NCBI RefSeq assembly: GCF_009914755.1
Contig: NC_060930.1
Reading direction: 5' to 3' (one strand)
Source of the DNA: the human T2T-CHM13v2.0 reference genome, Homo sapiens
Length of the DNA: 64,000 bases
In this document: positions 25,088 to 37,935 of the stretch, piece by piece
Layout of the letters: each line of letters opens with the position of its first letter
How positions within the stretch are numbered: the first letter of the stretch is position 1
Notes under the pieces: generated by a model
What the model was told of the DNA's origin: nothing
What the model saw: the letters and a program-made list of their open reading frames with translations, nothing else
Databases searched by the model: none
Translations under genes and position numbers: made by a program

Positions 25088-28000
25088 TCACATAGCAATT
25101 TAAATTAGGTTACTCAGCAATAATATGTTTTCTGAAATAATTAACCTTCTGCAGAACTTCTAAGATGATGAATCATTCAAAAGTCTTCCTGAGAAGCAAT
25201 CTGGTCAATTATTAAGGGTACAGTTATGAAAACAGGATGTAAAGTCTGAACAGGGACAATTACAGACTCATTGTGTTAAAAGCCCTGGAGCTGAACAATA
25301 GTAAACACTTCATCAGTGTTGGCCAAATCCTGTCTATTGTGCTTACAAGGGTAGCAGGCAGGTAACAGAAAAGGCATCCAGAACTCCTTAGGCTTCCTAC
25401 AGTTGATTGCATGGCTGCAAGTTTAAGGTGTGTAGATAGCATTTTCTGAAAGAAGCCAAGAATGCCTTCAAATCATCCCAGTGTATATCCTTTAAAAAAA
25501 GGTTCTCCCCAAGAAAAATATATAAATAAACTGAAGATTCAAATCACGTTTTATAACCCTTTTTAAAAAATCAGTGTTAACTGGAGCACAGATGCTTCTC
25601 TTTGATAAGCAAATTATCTTAACATAGTTCATAAAATATACTTACTTTTCCATTCATAGTAGTCAACAATAATTTACACGGAATTTGCTAACTAGAGTGT
25701 GAAGAAAAGAAAGATCAAATGTTATTCTGAGCCTCCCTCTTTTATCTATGGTCCTCTCTCCTTTTCATCTGCGTCCCCCCCACCCCCTGCAGCCTCCCAT
25801 TAATTGGACAATGCCAGAGCATACTGTCAGATGAAAAATATCACAGGAATAAGCAAATGTAAAGCCTTTTAGTCATTTATGCTGAATTAACAAGTATTTC
25901 TAGAGCATTTGAACAAGAAAAGAAAAAAAAGGAAACAAAAAATGTCTACAGAAATTCTAGTTCCCAGACTTCCTTAGCTCTTGCAAATCTTGACCTTGAA
26001 TTTTCTCCCTAGCACTCTCACCTTTGCTCTTGCTCCTTTCCAGATTTGTATTTTTGTGTTGTGATTCAACATTGGTCAAAATACTCCCCATCCCACCACC
26101 AACAAAAACTTCTTTTCTGTATAAATTAGGCTTTGGCATCTTTGCTATGCTTCTCAGGTATCCAACCCCTGTCTGTTCCTGGTTTTATTTTATCTATATA
26201 TATTTTCAAGAACCTACCTAGTGCATAGAATGAGATGCCATAATAATTTTATATACTTAATTTCTACTTTAAAATTATAGAATTATGAGGAAAAATTATC
26301 ATAGCAAAAAAGGAAAGCACATAATTACAAAAAAGCCGAGATTTTACAAGGTGGCCTGGCAAAAGGCCTGCTGCAAGTGGAGCTTCCAGAACATTACCAC
26401 AGAACTGTCCTGACTCTTTCTCTTACACATAAATGACAATACCCAAGGCACCCAAAACTCAAAAAGAAAACATCTGTTCTAGTTTTATGTCATCAGTGAA
26501 TTTTCAGATGCAAAAGACCAATTAAATCAACTAGTTTATTCCCTATCAATGCCAGATTACTTCCTGTGTGCGTTATCTTATTGGTTAAATCCGCATATAA
26601 ATATCCCAACTCACGAAATGTTCAAACATTTCTCATGAGGTTATCACGTATTCTATAGCATATATTGCTCAGAAATGTTCCCAAGTTGCCTCTAAATTTT
26701 CCTTTCTTGTCTTCATCCCATTTATGCAACAAGCCACGTAAAATATTTGTTTTACTTCTAATTACCTACATTTATTAAATCCTAAAAAATAACTAAGGTT
26801 TTTACTTAAAGTATTTTTTATCCTATTAGGGTAGATCTATTCAGACTAATTGAAAATTCCTGTAAGTAATTTCACAAAATGTTAGAATTCAGAGAAAGGG
26901 ATTCTCTTGGAGTCACTGCAGTGATGTTGTCATGAAAAGGCCAAGGAAAATATCATACTGTGGCAAATAGAAAAATATTATTCTACTCCAGCTTAAAACT
27001 ATGGTGAAATATTTTATGACGTTCTGTTTAATATCCTTCAAGAACAATACCAGTAGGCCCAGAAAAATTTCCAGAAAAAAAAAAAGACAAAAAATAACAA
27101 GAGAATAGATCAGGGAACTGCCATGAAATAAGAAATCTTTTAAAATTAGCATGGAGTCTAAAAGAATGTACAATTTGAGTTTTAAACTTTGAATGGTGAT
27201 AGATGGTAACCTTTCTTACCAACATTTTAATTAAAATCCCCAAATTGATGACTCTTCTATCATAATGTGTCCGGTAGCTGTCCTTTACTTTCCATTCCAC
27301 TAGCCATGACCTACTATTCAAGATCCTCCACTTTCCAAAAAATTGTATTTCCAGTCTTACCTTTCAATGCCTCCCATACATTTATCATGTTTGTTTAGTC
27401 ACTGATTACAAATTATGTCTGGTATATTTTATTTTTATATCTTCACTCATGAATTTCTTTCTTAAAATGGCCTATTCTTCCCTTGTACTCTTCAGGCCTC
27501 GTCTGACTATTCCAACATGTGCCATTTCTCCTTCCTGGGTAATTTTGTACATTTGCTTGTTCTCTGTATTAATTACTTGGCACTTTTCACACTTGCTTAT
27601 ATTATTGTTATTGCCCCAAACATAATCTGTTTAAGGACATTTAATAAGACTTCTTCAAATCATTGAAATACCAATTGATAGACACCATTTGACGGTTTGA
27701 ATTTATAACATTTTACATATTAGAATATAGGTTTATAGAACTCATTGCTTCCAATTAAAGTAACTAGATAAAATATAATTAGAAAGGAGAAATATTTAGA
27801 TACACTTGTTGTTAACAGATGCCAAAAGCAATTAGCAATATTTGGAGAGATTTCTAACACTAAAATAATAAAATTTTCATGATAGTAACGTGCACTTTGG
27901 GATAAACATGGTGAATTAAAACTTGCATTTATTTCCACTCTCTGCTGAAACACACTAAAATAAAAATAAAGAAACAAAAGATGACAGAGAAAATAGGAGT

Positions 28001-28200
28001 ATAAATGACAGCAGATGAGGATGAGAGATGTCAACACAATTTTGCAGGATGGAAAGTGGTTAGATGAGTGGGAACGTACTTGGGCATCTAAATGCTGGCA
28101 GTGTAGAAAGTAAAAGAGATGCAAATTGTTTGAATTTTCCCAATTACTCTAAAGCTAGGGATGTATCGGCTCCACAGGGCAACAGGGTAACCAGGACACA

Positions 28201-28732
28201 GGTCCCAGATCCTTAAGTCATGGTATATGTTTAGGAAATACTCATGAGACTTGAGTCCTGGGTGGTTACCGCAAGATTCAACCGGATCCCTCAAACTTGA
28301 GGCTGGAACTTCTTGTACTATATCCTTGTCACTGAGCCTGAAACATCAGCACCCTTCCTCACTACTCCTCCTCACTGTCCCTCCACAACATCTCTCTTCC
28401 CTACTTCAGCTCGTACTGACTTCCTCTGCTAAACTCCCGTAGCACATCTAGTTTGTATCACCCATTTAGGGCTTAGTAATACTGTCTAGCGTGGTTCTTG
28501 AATGGCTCCTGGTATTAATCTTGTTGACTCATCTAGAGTGCAAACAACTTTGCATAAGAATAGCGTTTCTATTTTATCTTCCTAAAATAACTAGCATGCT
28601 AGCCCGTCTACTCCTACGACTGAGGAAACTGAGGCTCAGAGTCACACGGCTGATCAATGGAATAGTTGGAACCAGGACTCATGTCTCATGAGTATTTCCT
28701 AAACACATCCCATGACTTCAGGATCTGTGATC
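28201..28732. repeat. 61-bp inverted repeat (28201-28261 / 28672-28732), 55/61 identical, 410-bp spacer
   Basis: Manual reverse-complement alignment; also visible as near-identical peptides (SHEYFLN..HD.RI.DL) in opposite-strand ORFs. Confidence 0.95.
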
Positions 28733-29513
28733 TTACAGCGTGGGTATTACACTTCACTTATTTATACTCACTTCCAGTATCTATAACAGGGTTTTTAACT
28801 TTTTTCCTTTTTACTTCAATCACAGAAAAAGGTTACTTTCAATTATACAAAAGAGAAAAGCATTTAACTATCTAGTAATATACTGTTATATACAGTGGTG
28901 ATGACATAATGACATAATTTTTTCTGGCATTTTCAACATCAGTGATTCATCCTTGAACCTCAAGTACATGTTAAAATATTTTTATATTTATAATTCTTTA
29001 TTATTATAATTCTGATGTCACTGTCACTACTAGACATAGCATGTAATATATAATCATTGATTAAACAAAAAGAGTAAGACCCTCACACTTAAGTGATTAT
29101 GAAAGTTCTTTTGTTTTCTGGTAAATTTTACCTTTACTTTTTCTACTTGATTACTATAATTTTTTTCAGACATTTTAGTAATACCATCTGGCCTCTGAAG
29201 AAAAGGGAATGTCACCATTTAGTTTAATTAAAGTTTCGAAATGTCTGGAAAATTACCAGACTCCTAGTTAGCCAGGACTAGAATTTCTTCCTGTATTTCA
29301 TCAGGCTCAGAACTGAATAAGAATCAGCCATTTTCCTGCCACTAACAAAACAAGCCTATTGGTAGCCAGAAAGACAAGTACCTTAGGCATTATCTCAGCA
29401 GTCTCTATTTGCTGAATTATTCTTAAATATTACCTTTGTTTGCAATAATAATAGCTGACATTAACTGAAGAGCTTATGATGCACTGAGCAGTGGCTTAAC
29501 CACCTGATAGACA

Positions 29514-30802
29514 TTGGTGCAAAAGCAACTGCAGTTTTTGCATTGTTGAAATTTGCCATTTGATATTGGAATACATTCTTAAATAAATGGTTTGTTATAC
29601 ATCATTTTAATGTACATTTCTTGCTTTTTTTGCTAATCAATTATTACTTGTTATTTATTTTATATTTATTTTGGACTATGGAAATGATGTTACAAAAAGC
29701 AAATTTGAGGGATTTTCTTATTCGAGTTCAAAATGGGTAGTAAAGCAACGGAGACAACTGGCAACATCAACAACACATTTGTTCCAGGAATTGCTAAGAA
29801 ACATACAGTGCAGTGGTAGTTCAATAAGTTTTGCAAAGGAGATAAGAGCCTTGAAGAAAAGGAGCACAGTGGCTGGCCATCAGTTGACAATGACCAATTG
29901 AGAGCAATTATCAAAGCTGATTCTTTTACAACTACACGAGAAGTTGCTGAAGAACTCAACGTCTACCATTCTACATTGTACAGCATTTGAAGCAAATTGG
30001 AAAGGTGAAAAAGCTTGATAAGTGGGTGCCTCCTGAGCTGAGCAAAAATTTAAAAATTTGTCATTTTGAAGTGCTGTCTTCTCTTACTCTACACAATAGC
30101 ATTGAACCATTTCTCTATTCTACACAATAACATTGAACATTTCTCGACCTGATTGTGATGCGCAACAAAAAGTGGATTTTATACGACAATCGGTGAAGGC
30201 CAGCTCAGTGGTTGGACTCAGAAGAAGCTCCAAAGCACTTCCCAAACCCAAACTTGCACCAAAAAAAGGTCACGGTCACTGTTTGGTGGTTTGCTGCCTG
30301 GCTGAGCTACTACAGCTTTCTGAATCCCAGCGATACCGTTACATCTGAGACATATGCTTAGCAAATCGATAAGATGCACTGAAAACTGTAATGCCTGCAG
30401 CTGGCCTTGGTCAAGAGAAAGGGCCCAGTTATTCACAACAATGCCAGACCACACATTGCACAACCAACTCTTCAAAAGTTGAACAAATTGGGCTATGAAG
30501 TTTTGCCTCATCCGCCATACTCACCTGACCTCTTGCCAACCTACTACTACTCCTTCAAGCATCTTGACAACTTTTTGCTGGGAAAACACTTCCACAACCA
30601 GCAGGATCCAGAAAATGCTTTCCAAGAGTTTATCGAATCCTGAAGCATGGATTTTTATGCTACAGGATTAAACAAACTTATTTCTCATTGGCAAAAATGT
30701 ATTGATTGTAATCATCCCTATTTTGATTAATAAAGATGTGTTTGAGCTTAGTTTTAATGATTTAAAATTCATGGACTGGAACCACTATTACCTTTGCACC
30801 AA
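29514..30802 (+). mobile_element. Near full-length Hsmar1 mariner DNA transposon (dead transposase 29678-30730), inserted in a MIR
   Basis: TIRs ttggtgcaaaagcaactgcag and ccactattacctttgcaccaa; transposase remnants MEMML, WVP, HNNARPH, YSPDLLPTYY, YFD-stop with frameshifts; MIR halves on both flanks. Confidence 0.96.
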
Positions 30803-32735
30803 TCATTTCCTGACACACTGATAACAGCCTGCTAAAGCAAGTACTATAATTATACTTCTTATAAGGAAAATGAGGCTTACAGACTTGTAGCCATTTGCCC
30901 AAACAATATGGCCAGCACCTGGGAAAGCCTGAGCTAGAACACAGGTCTGTTTGGATTCTCCATGTGCAAGAAGTCTGAATGGAAGCTTTAGCCATCACAT
31001 CAATACTACTGCAATACAAATGCATTTACAGTCACCTTGTCATGGGCTGAAATAAGTTTAGTCACAGGGCATAGCATCCCCCAAGAAGTCTCAAACAATA
31101 ATAAATGATAAAGAATCCCACTATTCCAATAAAATTTTTTCTTTTATTTGTGCAATAACTCTTTCTTCTAAGACCACATTCTCTTTCCCCATTTCTTCCT
31201 CACACTGCCTTTCTACTCCTCAATACTTGAGGTTTTCAAAGGAGGTGAAGTGTAACTTTGCCCTCACAGTCTTGACTTTTGACTTCTTGGATTGGAAAAG
31301 TCATTAAGACTCCAGAAACAGAAACATTTTATGACAACTGGATGAGTAGAACTGTTTTTTTAAAGTAACTGAATTTTAAAAATTCTAGTCTGTGGATTAA
31401 TTATTCTATTAAGCCAACTGTACAAAATTTCCTGATAGAAAAATATTTGTCTTTATATAGCAAATATTCCCAACTTTATTGCATTTTCCAGAAATGTGAG
31501 GCAAATCCCAGTTGATGGTCAATGTTCATAAAACAAGTTAACCTCCATGGGGTGAAAGACATGCTGTGATTTGGATGATATCATTGCTTTATGCTGACAA
31601 AGAAAAAAAATTAAATACAGCACAGATCACCCCATCTGTGTGCTGCTTATGACTTCATGTGTTCTAATCGCCTGTACACACGTCAACTATATTCAGGTAT
31701 CCTTTAAATGCCTTTACTTTCAAATCCCTAGAGCATTTCATAACATAAAAGAATAACTTAAAATCAGTTGTAATGTATGAACTCAAGTTGTGTCTTTTTT
31801 GAACTTCTCCCAACTTCTGTCTCTTCTAATTGGCCCTGAGATCCCTTGTCTTAGATTAAATCAAAGCATATACAGCCTAAATTGAAAACAGACATAGCTA
31901 CTACATAAACCAAGAAAGGAGAAATGTAAAAATTATTCCTACTAAAACACATCCTGTGAATGCAACTGAAACCACATGATTGTCAAAGATGTTTATTTGA
32001 TGTTTAAAGATGTTTATCACTCTGAATACTGTCAAGCAATCAGCATAAACTTAGTTGCTATGTGAATGCCAAGGCTGACAAGAGCCATAAAGTTGAAGAG
32101 CTTTGTGATGAACTAATTAAGGTGCGCTAGAAATTTCTTTTATCTAAAATGTCATGCCACAATGCAGAAGTTTCAGATTCAGCGTGGGCAGGAAGTATAT
32201 AAGAAAATGAGTCATCACCTTTTGGAATAATGTTTTCAAACACATAATGGCTCTTAGACTCCTATCTTCTCTACCCTCCAGCCACCCTACCTCAGCACAC
32301 ACCCAGCTCCACACTGGCCTTAAGGTGTCTCATCACCTCATACATCAACATCCTTAGCATTTGTTTCCTTAACATGCTGAATCCTCCTAGAGATGTTTGC
32401 CATTAACCCCAAGGAATCAAAGGAGCTGCATCCCTAACCCCACACATGTATTCTGTAATGCTGGACAAGTCACTTAACTCTCCAACCCACAGTGTCCTCA
32501 TCTGTAAAATGAGGACAATAAAGTATTAGATGTGCTACCCACTGTGTATGTATGTGAAATCATAATGCCTGTTCTACTCTCCATATGTATGTGAAAGTAT
32601 TTACTAGAAATATTAAGGCAAGAAGCATTAACCAATGCTAGATTAACTATTGGAGTCATCAAATACCTCTCATTATCCTCATATAGGTAGCACCAGGGAC
32701 AAAACTACTTTACTCTCAACTGTGAGCATCTAGCA

Positions 32736-32915
32736 CAGGGGTTGGCAAACATTTTCTTTAAGAGGCAGACATTAAATATTTTAGGCTTTGCAGGCCATAC
32801 GGTCTCTGTTGCATCTACTCAACTGTACTATTGTAGCACAAAAGCAGCAACAAACAATACATACATGAATGGGTGTGGCTGGAGTTGACTCTTAGTTCTT
32901 AGTTTGCCAACCCTG
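32736..32915. mobile_element. MER58A hAT-Charlie MITE
   Basis: TIRs caggggttggcaaac and gtttgccaaccctg. Confidence 0.85.
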
Positions 32916-33564
32916 ATCGAGACTATGTGACAGAAATGATGAGTGTATTTAAACTGGGAGAAATATAAATGGTTTCTGCCACTCCTCATTCTGTCCTCTG
33001 GTTTACAGTAATTAGAAAATGACTGAAAATAAGAGAGAAGAAAAAAAAATGCCACTTCTTCTCTTCCAGATAAACCAAAAGAGGACATGAACATAAAAGG
33101 GTTCTCCCACAAAGTTTGAGGAATCTAAGGTGGAAGAACCCGACATTCTGTTTCATGGGTAAAAATTGAGAGTAGGATTCCGCTGACATTGGCCATGCCA
33201 TGGGATATGCAGACAGGAAATACAGTTCTAGCCATATGTGACTGTAGAAAGGAGGTGATAGCGATGAATGCCCACTAAGTATACAGAGGAGATACAGAAG
33301 TGGCCACGTGCCCAGCAAAAGTGGAAGGTAGCTTGGAAAGGCAGCTGACATGCTAACAGGAGAGTCACCAAGGCAGATGGCTTCAAGCAGTCACCCAAAC
33401 TGGGGCTGAAATGGAAGGCACAGCTACACTTGAAGGACTCTGCAGCCTTTGTGTGAATTATGGTGGGATTCCAAGACAGCAGTAGAGATAGGGGCATTTT
33501 ACAAGAAAGAACCATGGGCACTACTTCAACAGAGGCCAAGCTGAGAGACAACAGAGGATACAGG

Positions 33565-33722
33565 CAGGATGGGCTTCACAGGCATGTGACCCATTACAGT
33601 TACACAGGGCCCTGCACTCAGTTTAATGCTCTGCTGTAGCTATCTTGAAATTCTTATTTTTGAACAAGCAGCCCCACATTTTCATTTTGCACGGGACCCT
33701 CCAAATTATGTAACCAGTCCCG
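33565..33722 (+). mobile_element. MER45A-like hAT-Tip100 MITE
   Basis: cagggccctgcactc...gtttaatgctctgctgt...tcttgaaattctta...ttttcattttgcac...aaattatgta. Confidence 0.75.
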
Positions 33723-35139
33723 ATGGCAGCAGGGAAACCAGTCTAAACTAGATACTGGATGTGTTTCCCCCATTACTTCCACCAGACTACCATGCTAGCA
33801 AACTTCCCTCCCACTCCCCAACACTGATGTTCAGTGTTTGTGTGATACCCCAAGATATAAAGGAGGAGAGCTTGGGAGAAGGCAAAGGAAAGACGATAAT
33901 GGAATTTTGATTTGGTCTAGGATTGACTTATACATGAATGTAATAACAACAAAATAATCACCAGATAAAATTTTACTGGAAAATATATAGATTAAGTTCT
34001 CTACCTCTGGCAAGGATTACAAGGAAGGAGTATAGGACAGGTAAGTAAAGAGCAAAGTTGAATTCAGTCATAAAAAATCAATCATTAGCCTTGTGCCCCT
34101 GACTTTTACATGTATCTTAACTTTGAAATATAATACTGGTTACAGTTTTATAAACTATAAAGTACTATAGGACTTTCAGGCTATGCATGCAAAGAAATTT
34201 TCCTTTAAGTCTCATCACTATTCTTCTTTTTCTAATTTTGAAAAAGAAAAGCAAGAAGACTCATATGGGGCCTGGAGGCAGCCAGAGTTCATTCAGTCTT
34301 TCCAACAATGAAATGACTGTACAGCTCCTCTCAGAGGAGGCTGGTGAGGACCTCTCATTAAGAGGGAATGGTACAGGAGTACTCTGCCCCAAAACTATCG
34401 ATTGCGTCTCTCTCTGCCCCACCTAACCTCCTTACTTTAGACACATTTCTCATTTTCCCTTCCATGCTCCTCTTCTATGCTTTCTCTAAAATTTTAAAAT
34501 GAAATCCCAGTGATATTCTGCTTTTGAAGAGGCCTCTCTATCCCTCACTTCCTTGAAATGTGCCCCAAGCCCAAACATGACCCCTCATATCCTTTTGAAC
34601 TCTCACTCTTCCAGAATTACAGAATGGTGTTGAGAAATCAAGTTGGTTAAATTTAAATCACATGGCAGCATGACTACTGTAACTGTATATTCCTCACTGT
34701 CTTTGTTTGTTAACACTAGAGGATTTTTGATTGAAATTAAAATAGAAGTAGCCATTTTTAAAGAGGGTGGGTTGAAGGAAGAGTGAGGAAGGTCTTTCTT
34801 TAAATCATATCGCTAGCTTATTCTTCTTTGTGAAATAAGCCCTGGCAGAAGGAGGGGAAGAAGAACACAGCAGACATATCTTTTTCCTCCTCTTCCCTCT
34901 CAACATACTTAATTCTCAAATCCCCTTTTCTTTGCTAAGTGCCAGCCTCCTTGTTTGAGTCTCAGTCCAATATTACTTTCTTGGAAAGCCAAGCTGAACC
35001 CACGGTTCACATATCAGGCATATCTTTGCTTCTAAAACCTGGTGTTGAGGGTGGAGGAGCAGGAGTACCAAGACTATACCAGCCTGCAGGGCTCCAGGAG
35101 CATACTGCAAGTGGAAAAGCTCCCTCTAAAAGCCTAGGG

Positions 35140-35324
35140 CAGTGGTGCTCAAGCTTCAGTGTACCTCAGAATCCCCTGGAGAGCTTGTTAATAGATTATT
35201 GGTCACCACCTCCAGAGTTTCTGAATTTGTGAGACTGGGGTGGGGCCTGAGAATTTGCATTTCTCACAAGTTTCTAGGTGATGCTGATGCTGTTAGTCCC
35301 AAGACCAAACATGGAGAAAAAATG
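35140..35324 (+). mobile_element. MER5A (hAT-Charlie MITE)
   Basis: cagtggtgctcaag...agaatcccctggagagcttgttaa...ccagagtttctga...gagaatttgcatttct...ggtgatgctgatgctg is colinear with the MER5A consensus; CTAG-containing flanks are typical of Charlie target sites. Confidence 0.9.
35190..35258 (+). ncRNA. MIR4463: Annotated microRNA locus miR-4463 (mature GAGACTGGGGTGGGGCC at 35231-35247), inside MER5A
   Basis: The 17-mer matches the recalled mature hsa-miR-4463, which I recall being annotated in a FILIP1 intron. It lies wholly within a MER5A copy. Confidence 0.78.
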
Positions 35325-36765
35325 CTCTAGGACAAAGTAGGACTAAGTCCAGAAAATTGCAAAGAAGCCCCAGCCCCAGTATATCTACCTATTTCAACCA
35401 GCAACTCTGCCTTCTCAAAGTTAAACTAGAAATACTTGTCTTAGTTGGATAAAAATAATATTAACTGTAATTATTTCCATGAAAGGATTATATGCCACAT
35501 TATCATTCATTTTCCAGCAGGGTCCCTGCTTGAGAGTTTAGACTTGTGGATTACAAAATGATGCCCAACTGACCAAACCTTCTTTGCAGACATGGTTTCA
35601 GTGTGTGTGTGCTTAATGAGACATTTTTGTATCAGATTTCACAAATAATCCATTTAGATTTTGTTGAAAAAGTCAGAATATTTGGCACCACTTGACCTTT
35701 AGTCCTGCATAGCTACATTTAGCTGGAGTTGGGTAGTAGCTTATCCATTTAGATGGAGCATTTACTAGCTAGTTTACCACAATCCTTATTACTCACTATT
35801 ACCTCTTTAGCCCTAAGAGTCAATTGCCATGTGTTTATTACTATGTTTGCACTATGTTTTTTTGTTATTGCAGAGAAATTCTTCTCTGTACCTAAGGGGA
35901 AAAACAAAAGCTACACCAAGAGAGTTTCATGTTTCAATTTAGAAAAAAAGAAGAATTTTTAGTTCTCAGGGGTTTCATACACAACTACTCTGCCAGCATC
36001 ACTGTTTATTATCCATCTATCCTCCGAAACCAATTGAGTTTGGGTCCAGTCCAGACAAGCCTGGATGGCAAACAGAAATGCAAGGGGGATGGGTGGAAGC
36101 AAGAGGCCAACTCTGTGTGTAGGGTGGTCAAAGAAACGTCCTGGAGAGGAATTGTCCAACAAGAAGAAGCTGTGCTCCATCTACAAGCTTGATCCAAGGT
36201 CAATGTTACTTTCCAAGGGGAGAAGGAATGTTGTGCATAGCAGGGAATGGGTTCCTCAGGATGCCTCTATAGGCATGCAGCCAAAGCTGAGGCCCCTAGC
36301 AGGTATAAATAGAAGCACACCAGGAAAGGCTCTGTAAGAACTGGCTATGCAGGAGACAGGAAGTGGATTTGGGGGCACTCCTGAATGGTCCCTGTTGGAA
36401 CCAGAAGAGGTAGCAGAGGCATCAACAAATCTTCAAAGGCAGCTCAGGAGCAGAACAGTGTTTGGAAGGCCTAAGGAACATGCCCTGGGGACCACCTCTT
36501 AAATTAACCTGGCAGAAAGTGAAGAGAAGGTTCTATAATAGTTCAGGTAGAAATGAAGTCAAGGAAATATGATACTGATCTTTTACTGTTACACCCCAGG
36601 CTTTCTCAGCATGAAAACTATGGGTTATATTTCATTTCACAAACTTTTTTTGTGTCCCATGATACTGCATAACAAGCACACCAGCACCATGCTGGATGCA
36701 AAGACACACACACAAAAATAAAACATGTTGCTTTCCTCAAGAATGTCATAGTCTAAGAGAGTGGT

Positions 36766-37120
36766 TGATTTGGTTTGGCTTTGTGCCCTCACCCAAATCT
36801 CATCTTAAATTGTAATCCCCAAGTGTTGAGAGAGGGACCTGGTGGGAGGTGATTGGATCATGGGGGCATTTTCCCCCATGCTGTTCTCATGTTAGTGAGT
36901 GAGTTCTCACAAGATCTGATGGTTTTATAAGGGGCTCTTCCCCCTTCACTTCTCTCTCCTGCTGCCATGTAAGACGTGCCTGCTTCCTCTTCTGCCATGA
37001 TTGTAAGTTTCCTCAGGCCTCCCCAGACATGCAGAACTGTGAATCAATTAAACCTCTTTTGTTTATAAATTACCCAGTCTCAGATATTTCTTTATAGCAG
37101 TGTGAGAAAAGACTAATACA
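36766..37120 (+). mobile_element. THE1/MST (MaLR) solo LTR
   Basis: tgatttggtttggct...gactaataca; 5-bp TSD GTGGT at 36761-36765 and 37121-37125. Confidence 0.93.
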
Positions 37121-37433
37121 GTGGTTTTCAAATTTGTTTGACAGTTGATAAATAAAAAAGTTAATCACTTATCCCAAAACATGTATATGTATTTATAAAT
37201 TATGTGTTATGTTACTCTCCTTATGTTTTAGGTGTATTATAAATCATATCAAAAAACAGAAAAAAATAACAAAATGAAGTAATTATAACAAATATTATAT
37301 GTATATAGTATAAAAGACATCATAAATATATATAATAACAGCTCACACCCCAATGACTTCTCATGTGAAAACTGGTCTACAAAACAGACATTTAAGCAAA
37401 TTTAAAAAATAAAAGAAAGCTTGGGACATGCTT

Positions 37434-37520
37434 TAGTAGTGGTCTCATATCTGAGGATTAACTAGACCTATTCCCAAATTAGTGGCAGTCTCATATCTGA
37501 GGATTAACTAGACCTAATCC
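37434..37520. repeat. Tandem duplication, period 46 bp
   Basis: gtctcatatctgaggattaactagaccta is exact at 37442-37470 and 37488-37516. Confidence 0.95.
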
Positions 37521-37921
37521 TGAATAACTGCTAAGATCATAAGAAATTAAAAACTTGCAAAGACAAATGGCTGTGGATTAGGACAGAGGTGCAGGCTTTG
37601 AAGATTGAGCATTTCCCAGCAGATGGTACTCCTGTTGGTCCCTAAGAGGGGAAAGTAAGCTCTTTGCAGGCCAAGGCAAAAGCACAAAAACACATAGCTG
37701 TCTTGTGGTTTGATGTGAACCTAGGAGGAAAAGTTCAAAATGGAGGACAAGTGCAGCAAAATAATAAGTATGTATATTGTAAAACACAACAGATTAACTC
37801 AGGAAAGTTGCATGTTATAATAAGACTACACTCTGAGTTTGCATGTTCAGCCTTCAGTTTGTCCTTCATACGGCACTGTTATCCATTCACATCAGAAAAA
37901 AAGAAAAAGTGAGCCTTGGCG

Positions 37922-37935
37922 GTAGCCATGGTAAC
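37922..37935. promoter_or_regulatory. RFX X-box-like palindrome GTAGCCATGGTAAC
   Basis: 12/14 match to GTTGCCATGGCAAC in non-repeat DNA; motif only. Confidence 0.4.

Noticed and set aside
29678-30730. Active or domesticated mariner transposase
   Set aside because: Multiple frameshifts, stops and substituted catalytic aspartates.
36845-36865. DUX4 site in the THE1/MST LTR
   Set aside because: Reads TGATCCAATCA rather than the optimal TAAYBBAATCA and is a generic family feature.
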